From assembly GCA_964560425.1 (NCBI GenBank), contig CAZLLE010000011.1:17626-81625 (forward strand): 64,000 nt of DNA, read 5' to 3'. The notes below the pieces were generated by a model. That model was not told the DNA's origin and searched no databases. It saw nothing but the letters and a program-made list of their open reading frames with translations. This stretch comes from an uncultured Campylobacterales bacterium (GTDB lineage Bacteria > Campylobacterota > Campylobacteria > Campylobacterales > QNZT01). This document shows positions 19,864 through 30,417 of the stretch, in pieces; within the stretch, counting starts at the first letter, position 1, and each line of letters starts with the position of its first letter. The position numbers and the translations under genes were made by a program.

Positions 19864-20355
19864 ATGTCATTAAAAGTATATGATTATTCACAAGAAGAGT
19901 TAAATAAGTTTCAATATGCAGTTGTTCATACAAATAAAGGAGATATTACTCTAAAACTATATGTAGATGAAGTAGCTAATACTGTTGCAAACTTTGCAAC
20001 TTTGGCAAACGATGGTTTTTACAATGATAAAATATTTCATAGAGTAATCCCTGGATTTATGGCTCAAGGCGGTTGCCCTCTTGGTACTGGTACAGGAGGA
20101 CCTGATTGGTCAATTGCATGTGAATGTGATAAAAATACACATAAACATGTAAAAGGTACTATATCAATGGCTCATGCAGGACCAAATACGGGTGGAAGTC
20201 AATTTTTTATCTGTTTTGTAAATTGTCCTCATCTTGATGGTGTTCATACAGTTTTTGGTGGAATTGAGAGTGATGATAGTGAAAGCTTCAAAGTTTTAGA
20301 CTCTATTGAAGGTCATGATACTATTAAATCTATTGAGATTAAAGAGAGTAAATAA
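19864..20355 (+). CDS. ppiB: cyclophilin-type peptidyl-prolyl cis-trans isomerase
   Basis: FHRVIPGFMAQGG, GTISMAHAGPNTGGSQFFI and HTVFG motifs. Confidence 0.9.
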   Translation: MSLKVYDYSQEELNKFQYAVVHTNKGDITLKLYVDEVANTVANFATLANDGFYNDKIFHRVIPGFMAQGGCPLGTGTGGPDWSIACECDKNTHKHVKGTISMAHAGPNTGGSQFFICFVNCPHLDGVHTVFGGIESDDSESFKVLDSIEGHDTIKSIEIKESK

Positions 20356-20356
20356 T

Positions 20357-20887
20357 TTATCTCATCATATTGGACTTTGCTCCAATATGATCTTCCATTA
20401 TATCTATAGTTTGTCTCAAAAATTCTTCTCTCTTTTGCATACCCAATAACCTCTTTTTTGTAAGATCAGGATAATTTCCATTTAACCCTTTACCATCATC
20501 TCCATGACACCCTCCACAAATACTTGTATAGAACATTTGAGCATCTTTAGGATACTCTTCATCACACTTTTGATTAGAGAGAGTAAGTACAAAACATGCT
20601 ATTTTGGGAGCATCTTCTGCTGATGCAAAACCAGTTTGCATCACTCCGCCTCTAAATCCAAGAGTTTTTGATCCATGATTGATAATATCTATAATATAAT
20701 TTTTTTTATACAAAGGAGTATCTATTTTTGAAAGTTCATCTTTGAGAGAGGGGAGTTTTTCTAATTCTCGTTGACAAACTTCACATTTAGTTTTCTCTTG
20801 TCCATTGTCATGTATATTTTTTTTCTGAGAATTATATATACCATAAAATATAATCAAGAGAAAAACTAAAAAGAAAAGTTTATGCAT
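20357..20887 (-). CDS. membrane-anchored c-type cytochrome
   Basis: N-terminal TM anchor, a CEVC pair, and a C-terminal heme site CGGCHGDDGKG. 9-nt gap from the TonB-dependent receptor gene upstream. Confidence 0.65.
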   Translation of the reverse strand: MHKLFFLVFLLIIFYGIYNSQKKNIHDNGQEKTKCEVCQRELEKLPSLKDELSKIDTPLYKKNYIIDIINHGSKTLGFRGGVMQTGFASAEDAPKIACFVLTLSNQKCDEEYPKDAQMFYTSICGGCHGDDGKGLNGNYPDLTKKRLLGMQKREEFLRQTIDIMEDHIGAKSNMMR

Positions 20888-20896
20888 AATACTCCA

Positions 20897-22972
20897 CTAA
20901 AATTTATAACTTCCATTGATATAAAAATATCTACCTGGTTCATTAAAGAGCATAATATTATCAATAGCACTTCCTGTAGTAATAAGTGTTAAATCTTTGT
21001 AAGTATTGGTCGTTGTGTATGTCTCATCTAATATATTATCCACACCAAAAACTAGACTAAGACCATTATCAAAATCTTTATTTACTTTTAGATTAAATGT
21101 TGTATATCCATCCAATGCTTGTTCGCCATTGTCACTATCAAAATCTTCCCAATCAGCAACAGAAGTCATAGTAAGTTTAGAAGATAGTGTATCATCATAA
21201 TCATAATTAAGCCCTATAATCGCTTTTAGTGGTGAGATATCTGCCAAATCTTTATCACTTAATCCTTGTTGTAGATCATCTTTCTCTCCCTTTTTATAAG
21301 ATATTCCATAATCTATATAAAAGCTATCTGTTGCCAAATAGGCACCACTAATCTCTGCACCATAAATAGTAGCATCAATATTTTCAAATATATTTTTATT
21401 TTTAGAGCTATTTATATAAATATAATCTTCCAACATTGAATAGAATAGTTTTGTTTTGATACTAAAACTATCATAAACTTTTTCAAATCCCAAATCAATT
21501 TCATAGTTTGTTGTCTGATCAAGAGAGGGTGTCCCAATAAGCGTATTTTCATCTGGTGACATAGATGACATAAAATATAACTCTCTAGGATCTGGAACTC
21601 TTGAAGATTTACCAACTCCAACAAAATATCTCAAATCATTACCCATATTGATAGTAGCAAAGACATTTGCACTCAAAGCATTATAATCATTCTCTTGATA
21701 ATTTCCACCATTTTCGATGGTTGTATCATCATATCTAGCACCAAAATCAATATCTATATTATCAATGGAGTAGTTCGATTTTAAGAAGATTGCCATATTA
21801 TCTGTGATGACATCATTTAAACTTCTTTTTATTTGACCTTTACTTCCTCCTGCTGGAAATTTCATATAATCTCCACCTACATCTTTATAATATTGACCAT
21901 CCCACTCTCTCTTGCTTCCATCAAGTCCTATAGTAAAATTTGCATATAGAGCATCAAAACTATTTTTGATCTTTACTCCTTGAATTTTTGTAGTTAAATG
22001 GTTAGTAATATTTCCATAAGGTTTACCTGTTTTGGGATTTGTAGCTACCGCTTTTTTACGATACTCTATGGACATAGGATGATCTACCTCAGAATCATAG
22101 TATTGAAAGTCTAATACTTTAGAAAAAGCGGATAAATTTCTAATCTGATACTCAACATTGATAAGATCAGAGTCATCATAAATAGCATCCATTTTAGAAG
22201 ATGGATATAGTACATCATCACTTCTATTTCCTGTAAAACTGAGCTTTATATCTTGATCTTCTGTAATAGCAGCAACTATTTTTGCCATAAAAGTTGTTTT
22301 TTCAAAAGCATCTTTGGAGGCATATCTAGATTGATATTGAGTTCCCTCACTCGTTGTTCCTACTGTTGCATTTATAAGTTGTTGATTAAAATCGTTACCA
22401 TCTCCATCCTCATACTGCTCACCCTTCTCTTTTGCTCCACTAATAAGGAGTTTAATTTTTTCATTACCTCCACTCAAAGTAACTGAAGCTTTTTGATATC
22501 CAAAACTACCAAGACTCAACCCAATTTTACCACCAAATCCCTCTTGTGGTTCTTGAGTAATGATATTTACAACCCCACTCAAAGTTCCAAAATTCTCTAC
22601 ATCAAAAGGTCCCTCTTGAACTTGTACATTATCGACTAAATTTGTAGCAACATGAGAAGTTGGCGGATCCATTCTATTTACACATGCACCACATACTTTA
22701 GTACCATCAATGATAATATTAATGTTATCTCTCTTCTGTCCTCGAAGAATAATATCATTAGCAATACCACTTCTTCTAATCAATGTAACACTCGGTATAT
22801 TTTTACCCAACGCCTCTGCTAAATCAGCAGATTTTATCTCTTGGGCACTTACATCTTTGACACTAATAGTATTAACTCTCTCCTCGATAGTAACCTTATC
22901 CATACTGATACTATCACTTCCAAAAGCGATACTACTCATTGCAAACAGAAGTACTGCACTATATTTAAACAT
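20897..22972 (-). CDS. TonB-dependent receptor, OprC/NosA-like (copper-type)
   Basis: Signal peptide, plug, barrel and terminal SYKF. The plug carries CGACVNRMDPPTSH (CxxxM), and DHPM (HxM) lies about 200 residues later, matching the metal-site motifs described for OprC (recalled, not aligned). Confidence 0.6.
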   Translation of the reverse strand: MFKYSAVLLFAMSSIAFGSDSISMDKVTIEERVNTISVKDVSAQEIKSADLAEALGKNIPSVTLIRRSGIANDIILRGQKRDNINIIIDGTKVCGACVNRMDPPTSHVATNLVDNVQVQEGPFDVENFGTLSGVVNIITQEPQEGFGGKIGLSLGSFGYQKASVTLSGGNEKIKLLISGAKEKGEQYEDGDGNDFNQQLINATVGTTSEGTQYQSRYASKDAFEKTTFMAKIVAAITEDQDIKLSFTGNRSDDVLYPSSKMDAIYDDSDLINVEYQIRNLSAFSKVLDFQYYDSEVDHPMSIEYRKKAVATNPKTGKPYGNITNHLTTKIQGVKIKNSFDALYANFTIGLDGSKREWDGQYYKDVGGDYMKFPAGGSKGQIKRSLNDVITDNMAIFLKSNYSIDNIDIDFGARYDDTTIENGGNYQENDYNALSANVFATINMGNDLRYFVGVGKSSRVPDPRELYFMSSMSPDENTLIGTPSLDQTTNYEIDLGFEKVYDSFSIKTKLFYSMLEDYIYINSSKNKNIFENIDATIYGAEISGAYLATDSFYIDYGISYKKGEKDDLQQGLSDKDLADISPLKAIIGLNYDYDDTLSSKLTMTSVADWEDFDSDNGEQALDGYTTFNLKVNKDFDNGLSLVFGVDNILDETYTTTNTYKDLTLITTGSAIDNIMLFNEPGRYFYINGSYKF

Positions 22973-22995
22973 TTCATTCCTCCTAAAAGAGAAAT

Positions 22996-23025
22996 AGTAT
23001 AAAAAATCTGTTAATTATCTGTTAA
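22996..23025 (-). promoter_or_regulatory. TTAACA-N5-TTAACA direct repeat plus TATACT -10-like box upstream of the TonB receptor
   Basis: Gene-strand reading is TTAACAgataaTTAACAgattttTTATACT. The hexamers (plus-strand TGTTAA) are at 23009-23014 and 23020-23025, an 11-bp period. Confidence 0.4.
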
Positions 23026-23094
23026 TTTTTGAAGAGTAAGTAAAAAAAAATTAAATATTTGTATTGAGACTAGCAAACGAAGAGTAGAAAAATT

Positions 23095-23120
23095 AAACAG
23101 CACCTAAAAAGGCACTGTTT
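23095..23120 (-). terminator. hpf terminator
   Basis: The minus-strand RNA AAACAGUGCC-UUUUUA-GGUGCUGUUU forms 10 bp (two G.U pairs), followed by AAUUUUUCU. Confidence 0.6.
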
Positions 23121-23126
23121 AAACTA

Positions 23127-23669
23127 TTAATAAAGACCGTATTTATTATCGTTTCTTTTGTGAAGAACTCGAAGTTGATCATCTTTATCATTAAAAACAA
23201 AAAATTGTTTATTACTATCTTTTAGCATCTCTAATGCCTCTTCAATAGACATAGGTTTATAAATCTCCAATTCCATTGGTACAATTTCATCAGCCTCACC
23301 TTCAGCATCAAAAGATTGCTCAGCCTCAACAATAGCCAACTCAGCAACTTCGCTAAGTTTTGTAGCTTTGTGTCCTTTTATTTTATCATGGTGCCTTCTT
23401 AAGACTTTTTGAGCTCTATCACTTGCAATATCAATTGCCGCGTACATATCTTTATCGTTTTGTTTTATAACTATCGTATCTTTATGAGGAAGATTAATAG
23501 TAAATTCAACACTAAAACCTTTCTTGCCCCCTCTATCATTACCCGAAACAACGACTCTTGTAGAGATAATATCCAAATTATATTTCTTTAATCCCTCTAC
23601 TACACCTTCGATATGCGTTTTAATCGCATCTGTTAAATCAAGTTGTCTTCCGACTAGACTTAAGTTCAT
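23127..23669 (-). CDS. hpf: ribosome hibernation promoting factor (long form)
   Basis: N-terminal RaiA/HPF fold (MNLSLVGRQLDLTDAIKTHIE...) plus a C-terminal dimerisation-domain-like tail. 180 aa. Confidence 0.85.
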   Translation of the reverse strand: MNLSLVGRQLDLTDAIKTHIEGVVEGLKKYNLDIISTRVVVSGNDRGGKKGFSVEFTINLPHKDTIVIKQNDKDMYAAIDIASDRAQKVLRRHHDKIKGHKATKLSEVAELAIVEAEQSFDAEGEADEIVPMELEIYKPMSIEEALEMLKDSNKQFFVFNDKDDQLRVLHKRNDNKYGLY

Positions 23670-23770
23670 ATCTTTCTCCTTCTGGAATAAATATACTTAA
23701 CATTATATCAAGTAAACATTTTAACATTTGTTAAAAAGGCATTATAGTTATTTATGTCTTTAATTTAAAA

Positions 23771-24223
23771 TTATGGTTTTTGAATAGTTCTTCTATGTAA
23801 TCTAATTGGCTCACTAATTTGTGTATAGAGTTGATTAACTTGTACAATAGTATCCATAATAACTGTGAGATTTGATTCAGGTGTACTCAAATTATTATCA
23901 TCCCCCGAAGCACCACATGAGGCAGGTAAATTGGTACCTAAATATGAAATAGTAATATTTGCTTCATGAGTATGATTTGGTGGAGCTACAGGATAAGCTA
24001 TATTAATTTTTTGTATACAATCCACACTATTATCATGAGCAGAAATTGCCAAAAGAGCATACTCTGTAGCACTTCTTAATAGTAATGATGCCTGTTCTTT
24101 TAGATAGATATCTGTCGTACTCTTTACAGAAGTTGAAGATAGAGACATCATCATAGCCATCAAAGATGAAACCACCACCAAAATAATGATTGCCGTAATA
24201 AGACCAAAACCTTTTCTCATCAA
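23771..24223 (-). CDS. pseudopilin-like protein lacking Glu5
   Basis: N-terminus RKGFGLITAIIILVVVSSLM is prepilin-like, but Thr sits at the E5 position. 4-nt overlap with the upstream pseudopilin gene. Confidence 0.5.
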   Translation of the reverse strand: MMRKGFGLITAIIILVVVSSLMAMMMSLSSTSVKSTTDIYLKEQASLLLRSATEYALLAISAHDNSVDCIQKINIAYPVAPPNHTHEANITISYLGTNLPASCGASGDDNNLSTPESNLTVIMDTIVQVNQLYTQISEPIRLHRRTIQKP

Positions 24224-25125
24224 AAAACCGCCTTCTCTTTACAAAATCCAACTGGTTCTCCTGTAAGATTTCCATCTCTCATACAGAGTTTTATTCTCAA
24301 AGTTTTTCCAATTTGTAAAAATCTAAAAGTACTTACATGTTCTGCCAATACTGATTTACTTATATTAACATCACGAAACTCTTCACCCTCCCATGGCTGA
24401 TAATTATAATATAGTGTCAAATTAAAATCATCAGAACTCCCTTCTGGTCTAATAGCATAGGCACTCCAAGCCAAATAATATTGTTCACAAATATCTTTTT
24501 TACCTTGTTGAATAGGATTAAACTCCAAAATATCATTTGAACCAGTTTGAGAAGAGACCATCAATGTATTATTAAAATCGACAAGATTTTTTACATTATA
24601 ATCCAGACCATATTTACTAATATTAAGATCTCTTTTACATTTAAAAATGAGAGTAGGTTTATCTTTTGTACTATCATTTAGATCAACTTCACCATAAGAG
24701 AGAGCAGATATTATAGAAGATGCCACCCCCAAAGATGAACCTTGTGTCTTTACCTGAGATCCATTTGTATCAGAATTTTCTACATCTATAAAACCACTCC
24801 ACCCATTACTATCAAAACTCTCATTATCATAACCTATCCACTCCAAGACACTGTAGGCCCCTGTAATATCAGTATCTGATAAATTTTTGACACTATTACT
24901 AGTATCAATTCTAGCAATGGCTGTATCCTTAATACGATATTGCAATCTTTTGGTAATCTGATCCAAAACTAACTCTGTTTTTTGTTGCAAATCATTAACC
25001 AATTTAGATCTTATATAGCCACTATACATATGAGATAGTATATCAGTTCCAATCATCCCAACAATACCCAAAATGATAATAACCATCACAATTTCAACAA
25101 GGGTAAAAGCTGCTCTTTTTTTCAT
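24220..25125 (-). CDS. prepilin-type N-terminal cleavage/methylation domain protein (minor pilin/pseudopilin)
   Basis: KKRAAFTLVEIVMVIIILGIVGMIG: a class III signal with Glu5. Confidence 0.7.
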   Translation of the reverse strand: MKKRAAFTLVEIVMVIIILGIVGMIGTDILSHMYSGYIRSKLVNDLQQKTELVLDQITKRLQYRIKDTAIARIDTSNSVKNLSDTDITGAYSVLEWIGYDNESFDSNGWSGFIDVENSDTNGSQVKTQGSSLGVASSIISALSYGEVDLNDSTKDKPTLIFKCKRDLNISKYGLDYNVKNLVDFNNTLMVSSQTGSNDILEFNPIQQGKKDICEQYYLAWSAYAIRPEGSSDDFNLTLYYNYQPWEGEEFRDVNISKSVLAEHVSTFRFLQIGKTLRIKLCMRDGNLTGEPVGFCKEKAVF

Positions 25126-25817
25126 TACTTCTCCCTCTCATAAAGCCTAGATTGACCAATATTACATGTAAATGATCTAAAAAGAAAAGATTGATTTCGT
25201 CCACCACTAGCTGTAGCTGTAAGCTCTATCATTTTAATATTTGTACTTTTTAAAGAAGAGAGAAGAAATTTTTGAGTTACATCAAAAGTAACATTTATCT
25301 CTGTATTATTATAATCTACTGAGTTAATATTTAAATAACTTACTTGTGTACTTAAATTCAAATCCACATCCAAATAATCTAATGAAGATAAGGTTGAACC
25401 AACAGTAGCACTAACTACTACACTCTGTCCATGAAAATCATCAACATCATCTAATCCACCCTCTATTGCAGAAGTAGGATAAACAGGAGTATCAAACATT
25501 CTTCTTCTAAGATTTGCAAAAACATGCCCTCTTCGTCTAATGCCACTACCACTTCTATTAAGATCACTCGCCCCATTGGTCACATCCAATGCTCTAATAA
25601 CACTCATAGAGCCTATAGTATCTGTAGAGTTTTCATCCCACTTAAATGACAATATATTCCCCATTTTAGTTCGTGCAGCAAGGATTGATTCTTGAACAAG
25701 TGCAAAAGAGTCACTTTTTGAGCTTTGTTGTAACATCAGAGGAATACTCATAAGAGAAATTGCAATAATCACAATCGCCAATACAAGTTCAATAAGACTA
25801 AAACCTTCTCTTTTCAT
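25125..25817 (-). CDS. prepilin-type N-terminal cleavage/methylation domain protein
   Basis: MKREGFSLIELVLAIVIIAISL. I place the start at the ATG at 25817 (AAGGG lies 8 nt upstream) rather than the ORF-track Met at 25850. Confidence 0.7.
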   Translation of the reverse strand: MKREGFSLIELVLAIVIIAISLMSIPLMLQQSSKSDSFALVQESILAARTKMGNILSFKWDENSTDTIGSMSVIRALDVTNGASDLNRSGSGIRRRGHVFANLRRRMFDTPVYPTSAIEGGLDDVDDFHGQSVVVSATVGSTLSSLDYLDVDLNLSTQVSYLNINSVDYNNTEINVTFDVTQKFLLSSLKSTNIKMIELTATASGGRNQSFLFRSFTCNIGQSRLYEREK

Positions 25818-25867
25818 ACATGCACCCTTTATTAGGGTGTATATCGACAAAAAAGAGAGTTATTTAA

Positions 25868-27073
25868 CTACTCATTTCTTAATGTAGACAAAACATCAAT
25901 ATCTGTAGCTTTTTTGGCAGGGTAAAATGATGAAAGCAGAACTATAACAATAGCCCCAATCATAATAGATACAAAATCATAAGTCGATAGATCAAGTGGT
26001 AATTTGGAAGTACCATATACATCAGCAGGAAGAGAGATAATATCAAATCTAGTAAGCAAAAACATTCCTAAAAATCCCAAAAATGTACCAAAAAGTATAC
26101 CAGCACCACCAATAACAGAACCTAAAGTAAAAAATGCCTTTTTAATCTCATCTTTACTTGTACCCAAAGATAATAAAAGAGCAATTTCTCTTCTTCTATT
26201 CATAACCGTCATCAATAAAGAGCTAATAATATTCAAAGAAGCCACTAAAATAATCAACATCAATACTACAAAAAGAGCCTTTTTTTCCATCTCCATAGCT
26301 GAAAAAAGATTGCCATTTTGTTGCCACCAACCAACAACACCTAAATATTGAGGTAAAAATGCTTTTATCTCCTCAATATCTTGAAGAGGATTGGCACTAC
26401 TCACATGAATACCATCATAAACACCCTTATCCATTTTCAAAACTTTTGATAGGGCTTCTATATCGGTATATAAGTAGGCTTGATCATAAGCTTGCATACC
26501 AGAAGTAAAATAGCCTTTGTATTTGAATCGCTTCATAATAGGGATCAAAGAGAAACCAGAGGGTTGAGATTGTGTAAAAATAAGAGTTACTTTATCATTC
26601 AACTCAAGAAGGTAATTATCACTAATACCTTTTCCTGTAATTATCTCAAACCTACTAACCTCTTTATCGACCATTGCCTCTTTGATAATATAGTTAATAC
26701 GACTCTCTTTCTCAAAATTCACACCAAATATCATTCCCCCATCCATTTTATCACCCTTTTTTAGGATAACTTGAGAAGATATATAGGGGCTAAATATATA
26801 ATTGGGAAATTTCTCTTCTAATGCACTCAAAGAGTAACGATCAACTTTTTGATCTCCTCTTGGTAAAATAGTCATAGGATAACTCATGGTTGATATTTTT
26901 GTTTTAAACTCTTTGGCTGAACCATTCATGACAGCCATAGCAATAATCAAGACCATCAACCCAATAGATACCCCTAAAAATGCCAAAATGGCACTAATAG
27001 AGATAAAAGGTTGGCTTTTATCAAAGCGTAAATATTTTTTAACTAAGTAGGTTACTAAACTTTTATTTTTCAC
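25868..27073 (-). CDS. LolC/E-family (FtsX-type) lipoprotein-release ABC permease
   Basis: GTG start. TM1, a large periplasmic domain, then three C-terminal TM segments (FtsX-like). Sits next to secA/lolA as in Helicobacter. Confidence 0.75.
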   Translation of the reverse strand: MKNKSLVTYLVKKYLRFDKSQPFISISAILAFLGVSIGLMVLIIAMAVMNGSAKEFKTKISTMSYPMTILPRGDQKVDRYSLSALEEKFPNYIFSPYISSQVILKKGDKMDGGMIFGVNFEKESRINYIIKEAMVDKEVSRFEIITGKGISDNYLLELNDKVTLIFTQSQPSGFSLIPIMKRFKYKGYFTSGMQAYDQAYLYTDIEALSKVLKMDKGVYDGIHVSSANPLQDIEEIKAFLPQYLGVVGWWQQNGNLFSAMEMEKKALFVVLMLIILVASLNIISSLLMTVMNRRREIALLLSLGTSKDEIKKAFFTLGSVIGGAGILFGTFLGFLGMFLLTRFDIISLPADVYGTSKLPLDLSTYDFVSIMIGAIVIVLLSSFYPAKKATDIDVLSTLRNE

Positions 27074-27087
27074 ATTTTACCTATTGT

Positions 27088-29721
27088 TTATGAAGAGGCT
27101 AAAAGACCTTTTTTAGGGCCACTCTTGCCACAACAATTTTTATATTTTAGACCACTTCCACATGGGCATGGCTCATTTCTTGCAATTTTTTTCTCAATCT
27201 CTATAGCAGGACTCTGGGCTTCACTAGAGCCACCATGCTTCTCTACTAGATTTTCAGAAACACTCTCTTGCATCTCATTCATCATTTTTTCAAGAACAGC
27301 TTCTCTCTCTTTTTCATCTCGATCTTCTCTAAGTTGAATAATATGAAGAGTCTTAATACTCTCTGCTTTGATAAGTTGAATAAGCTCCATAAATAACTCA
27401 TAACTCTCTCTCTTATACTCTGAAAGAGGATCTTTTTGATTATAACCTCTTAGACCAATTCCCGTTTTGAGGATATCCATCTGATAAAGATGATCTCTCC
27501 ATGCATTATCCACAACTTGAAGATATACAACTCTCTCAATTTCATTTCTCTGTTTAGTATCAACTTGAGACATTTTTTGTTCATAATGTGAAGCAACAAT
27601 ACCAACAGTTTTTTTGGTAATCTGCTCCATATCCATATTTGCAAAAAATTCAGGCTTAAGAGAAATTTGTATCTCCTCTTTCAAAATAGTAACAAATCTA
27701 TCTAAATCATACTCATCCTCAGAGATACCCTCATAGATATCTGCACGATTAAGTAGTTGAATAATATAATCTTCTCTATTACTTTTTACTTTTTTATCAA
27801 TATTATACTCTGGATTTAAGAGATCAGCTCTATAACTATAGACAACTTTTCTCTGTTGATTTGCAACATCATCATACTCTAAAATATGTTTTCTAGACTC
27901 ATAGTGAAGATTTTCTACTTTCTTCTGTGCATTTTCAACTGCCCTTGTAACCATTCTTGATTCAATATGTTCACCCTCTTCAATACCAAGTCTCTCCATA
28001 ATACCTTTGATTTTATCACTACCAAAAATACGAAGTAGACTATCTTCAAGACTAAGATAAAATTGACTAGCTCCGGGATCACCCTGACGACCAGAACGAC
28101 CTCTTAACTGATTATCAATCCGCCTACTCTCATGTCTCTCTGTACCAACTATATATAATCCACCAAGCTCTTTAACCTCTTGATTGATCTTAATATCAAC
28201 ACCACGACCAGCCATGTTAGTAGCTACAGTAACAGCACCTTTAACACCAGCATTTTCAATAATTTTTGCCTCTTGTTCATGATGTTTTGCATTTAAAACT
28301 GAGTGAGGTATCTTCTCTTTTTTCATAATGGAGTGTAATAATTCACTCTTTTCAATAGAAGCAGTACCGACAAGTACAGGTTGACCCTTTTTTTGTAGCT
28401 CTTTGATCTTCTCTACAACAGCAATAAATTTTTCTCTTTCACTCTTATAGATAAGATCATTCTTATCCTCTCTAATAACAGGTACATTTGTAGGAATTGA
28501 TATAACATCCAATTTATAGATCTGTTCAAACTCTGTCGCTTCAGTTTGAGCAGTACCAGTCATTCCTGCCAAACCTTCATACATTCTAAAATAGTTTTGG
28601 AAAGTAATATCTGCTAAAGTTTGCGACTCTTCTTGAACAGTTACACCCTCTTTTGCCTCTAATGCTTGATGAAGACCTTCACTATATCTTCTACCCTCAC
28701 TAAGTCTTCCTGTAAACTCATCAACAATGATAATTTCACCATTTTTGACAACATAATCTACATCTTTCTCAAAAATATAGTTCGCTTTAAGGGCTTGATC
28801 CATATGATGAGACAAAATAGCATTCTCTAAATCATATAAATTACCTACACCAAATGCCTTCTCAGCCTTTTCAACACCACTATCAGTAATAATAACTGAT
28901 CTATTTTTTTCATCTACGACAAAATCACCACTACTTTGGTCAATCTCATTTTTCTCATTTTTCTTTTTTGCTTCTACTAAAGTTTTTGCAATTTTATCAG
29001 CTTGAATATAGTAATCTGATTTATTATTAGTAGGTCCAGAGATAATTAGAGGAGTTCTAGCTTCATCAATAAGAATAGAATCCACCTCATCCACGATAAC
29101 ATAATTGTGTGCTCTTTGAACCTTCTCATCTAAAGAGTACTTCATGTTATCTCTAAGATAATCAAATCCAAACTCATTATTTGTTCCATAAGTGATATCT
29201 GCTGAATATTGTGCTTTTCTTTCACTATCATCATGGATATCATTGGTAATTACACCAATGCTATATCCCAAAAATTCATAAATTTTACCCATATCTTTAG
29301 CATCTCTTTGTGCTAGATAATCATTTACTGTTACAAGGTGTACGCCATCACCTGTCATTGCATTTAGTACGATAGGAAGTGAAGCAACAAGTGTTTTACC
29401 CTCACCTGTCTTCATCTCTGCAATTTTACCTTCATGAAGCACTAAACCACCCACCATTTGAACATCATAATGACGAAGACCAAGTGTTCTCTTGCTTACC
29501 TCTCTAGTAATAGCAAAAGATTCAACCAAAACCTCATTTAAAGTTTTTTCACCATTTTGAACCTGCTCTTTAAGTGCATTAAACTCCGCCTTAATCTCAT
29601 AATCACTAAATTTTTCATATTTTGGCTCAAGCTTATTAATCACTTCTACCATTTTGAGGTAAGTTTTTACAATCTTATCATTTTTAGTTCCGAAAATTTT
29701 TCTGGTAATAGAGGATATCAT
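27088..29721 (-). CDS. secA: preprotein translocase ATPase SecA
   Basis: Full-length SecA with [37 protein letters not shown] and the C-terminal zinc motif [14 protein letters not shown]. The start is likely the ATG at 29721 ([11 protein letters not shown]), properly spaced from AGAAGGA. Confidence 0.95.
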   Translation of the reverse strand: MISSITRKIFGTKNDKIVKTYLKMVEVINKLEPKYEKFSDYEIKAEFNALKEQVQNGEKTLNEVLVESFAITREVSKRTLGLRHYDVQMVGGLVLHEGKIAEMKTGEGKTLVASLPIVLNAMTGDGVHLVTVNDYLAQRDAKDMGKIYEFLGYSIGVITNDIHDDSERKAQYSADITYGTNNEFGFDYLRDNMKYSLDEKVQRAHNYVIVDEVDSILIDEARTPLIISGPTNNKSDYYIQADKIAKTLVEAKKKNEKNEIDQSSGDFVVDEKNRSVIITDSGVEKAEKAFGVGNLYDLENAILSHHMDQALKANYIFEKDVDYVVKNGEIIIVDEFTGRLSEGRRYSEGLHQALEAKEGVTVQEESQTLADITFQNYFRMYEGLAGMTGTAQTEATEFEQIYKLDVISIPTNVPVIREDKNDLIYKSEREKFIAVVEKIKELQKKGQPVLVGTASIEKSELLHSIMKKEKIPHSVLNAKHHEQEAKIIENAGVKGAVTVATNMAGRGVDIKINQEVKELGGLYIVGTERHESRRIDNQLRGRSGRQGDPGASQFYLSLEDSLLRIFGSDKIKGIMERLGIEEGEHIESRMVTRAVENAQKKVENLHYESRKHILEYDDVANQQRKVVYSYRADLLNPEYNIDKKVKSNREDYIIQLLNRADIYEGISEDEYDLDRFVTILKEEIQISLKPEFFANMDMEQITKKTVGIVASHYEQKMSQVDTKQRNEIERVVYLQVVDNAWRDHLYQMDILKTGIGLRGYNQKDPLSEYKRESYELFMELIQLIKAESIKTLHIIQLREDRDEKEREAVLEKMMNEMQESVSENLVEKHGGSSEAQSPAIEIEKKIARNEPCPCGSGLKYKNCCGKSGPKKGLLASS

Positions 29722-29865
29722 CCACATCATCCTTCTAAGTTATTTTGTTGATTTTAACAAATATTTAATTTTGATTTGCTAAAGTTATGTAGTATAGTCT
29801 ATATTGCTTACAATACTATAAAACAAGTTAAGAGCAAAAACTATTCCGTTAAATTAAGGAAACAA

Positions 29866-30396
29866 ATGAAGATAAAAAAACTACTCTCAACAGCCCTATT
29901 TTTGGCAATAAGCCTACAAGCAAATATATATAATTTAAGCTCTTTGGAATCTAATTTTAGCCAAAGCATCACAAATGATCAAAATGCCAAAATTGTATAT
30001 CATGGCAAAATGTATGCTAAAAGAGAGAATAATCAAGCACTTTGGAGATATACATCACCAATTAATAAAGATATATATTACAAAGGTGGAAAACTTATTA
30101 TTATTGAACCTGATTTAGAGCAGGTAATATATGCAAAGATGGATAAAATTCCAAATATTTTGACAATTTTAGATAATGCTGTGCAAATTGGAGAGAATCG
30201 TCTTCAAACTTCATTTAATAATATTAACTACAATATCACAATGAATGGTAATAAAATTGATAAAATAGAGTATAAAGATGAGATGGAAAATAGAGTAAAG
30301 ATTACATTTACAAATGAAAATGTAAATCATAAAATAAACAACAGTGTATTTAACTTTATCATACCTGAAGATTATGATATTTTAGAGCAAAATTAA
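29866..30396 (+). CDS. lolA: LolA-like periplasmic lipoprotein carrier
   Basis: Start at the internal ATG at 29866 (AAGGAAACAA upstream) gives the signal peptide MKIKKLLSTALFLAISLQA. Size, and divergent position to secA, fit epsilonproteobacterial lolA. Confidence 0.65.
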   Translation: MKIKKLLSTALFLAISLQANIYNLSSLESNFSQSITNDQNAKIVYHGKMYAKRENNQALWRYTSPINKDIYYKGGKLIIIEPDLEQVIYAKMDKIPNILTILDNAVQIGENRLQTSFNNINYNITMNGNKIDKIEYKDEMENRVKITFTNENVNHKINNSVFNFIIPEDYDILEQN

Positions 30397-30417
30397 ATAG
30401 TCAACAACGGAGGTTTT

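Noticed and set aside
24033-24275. 80-aa ORF in an alternative frame across the junction of two pseudopilin genes
   Set aside because: It is on the same strand but out of frame with two ORFs that both have clear prepilin N-termini and a 4-nt coupling overlap. It is most likely spurious.
25818-25850. N-terminal extensions suggested by the ORF track: 25850 for a pseudopilin, 29776 for lolA, 47337 for the barrel protein, 29730 for secA, 42226 for mlaE
   Set aside because: Internal ATGs give canonical signal peptides or N-termini and have better-spaced purine-rich RBSs. The extensions add non-conserved residues, or overlap upstream genes or promoters.
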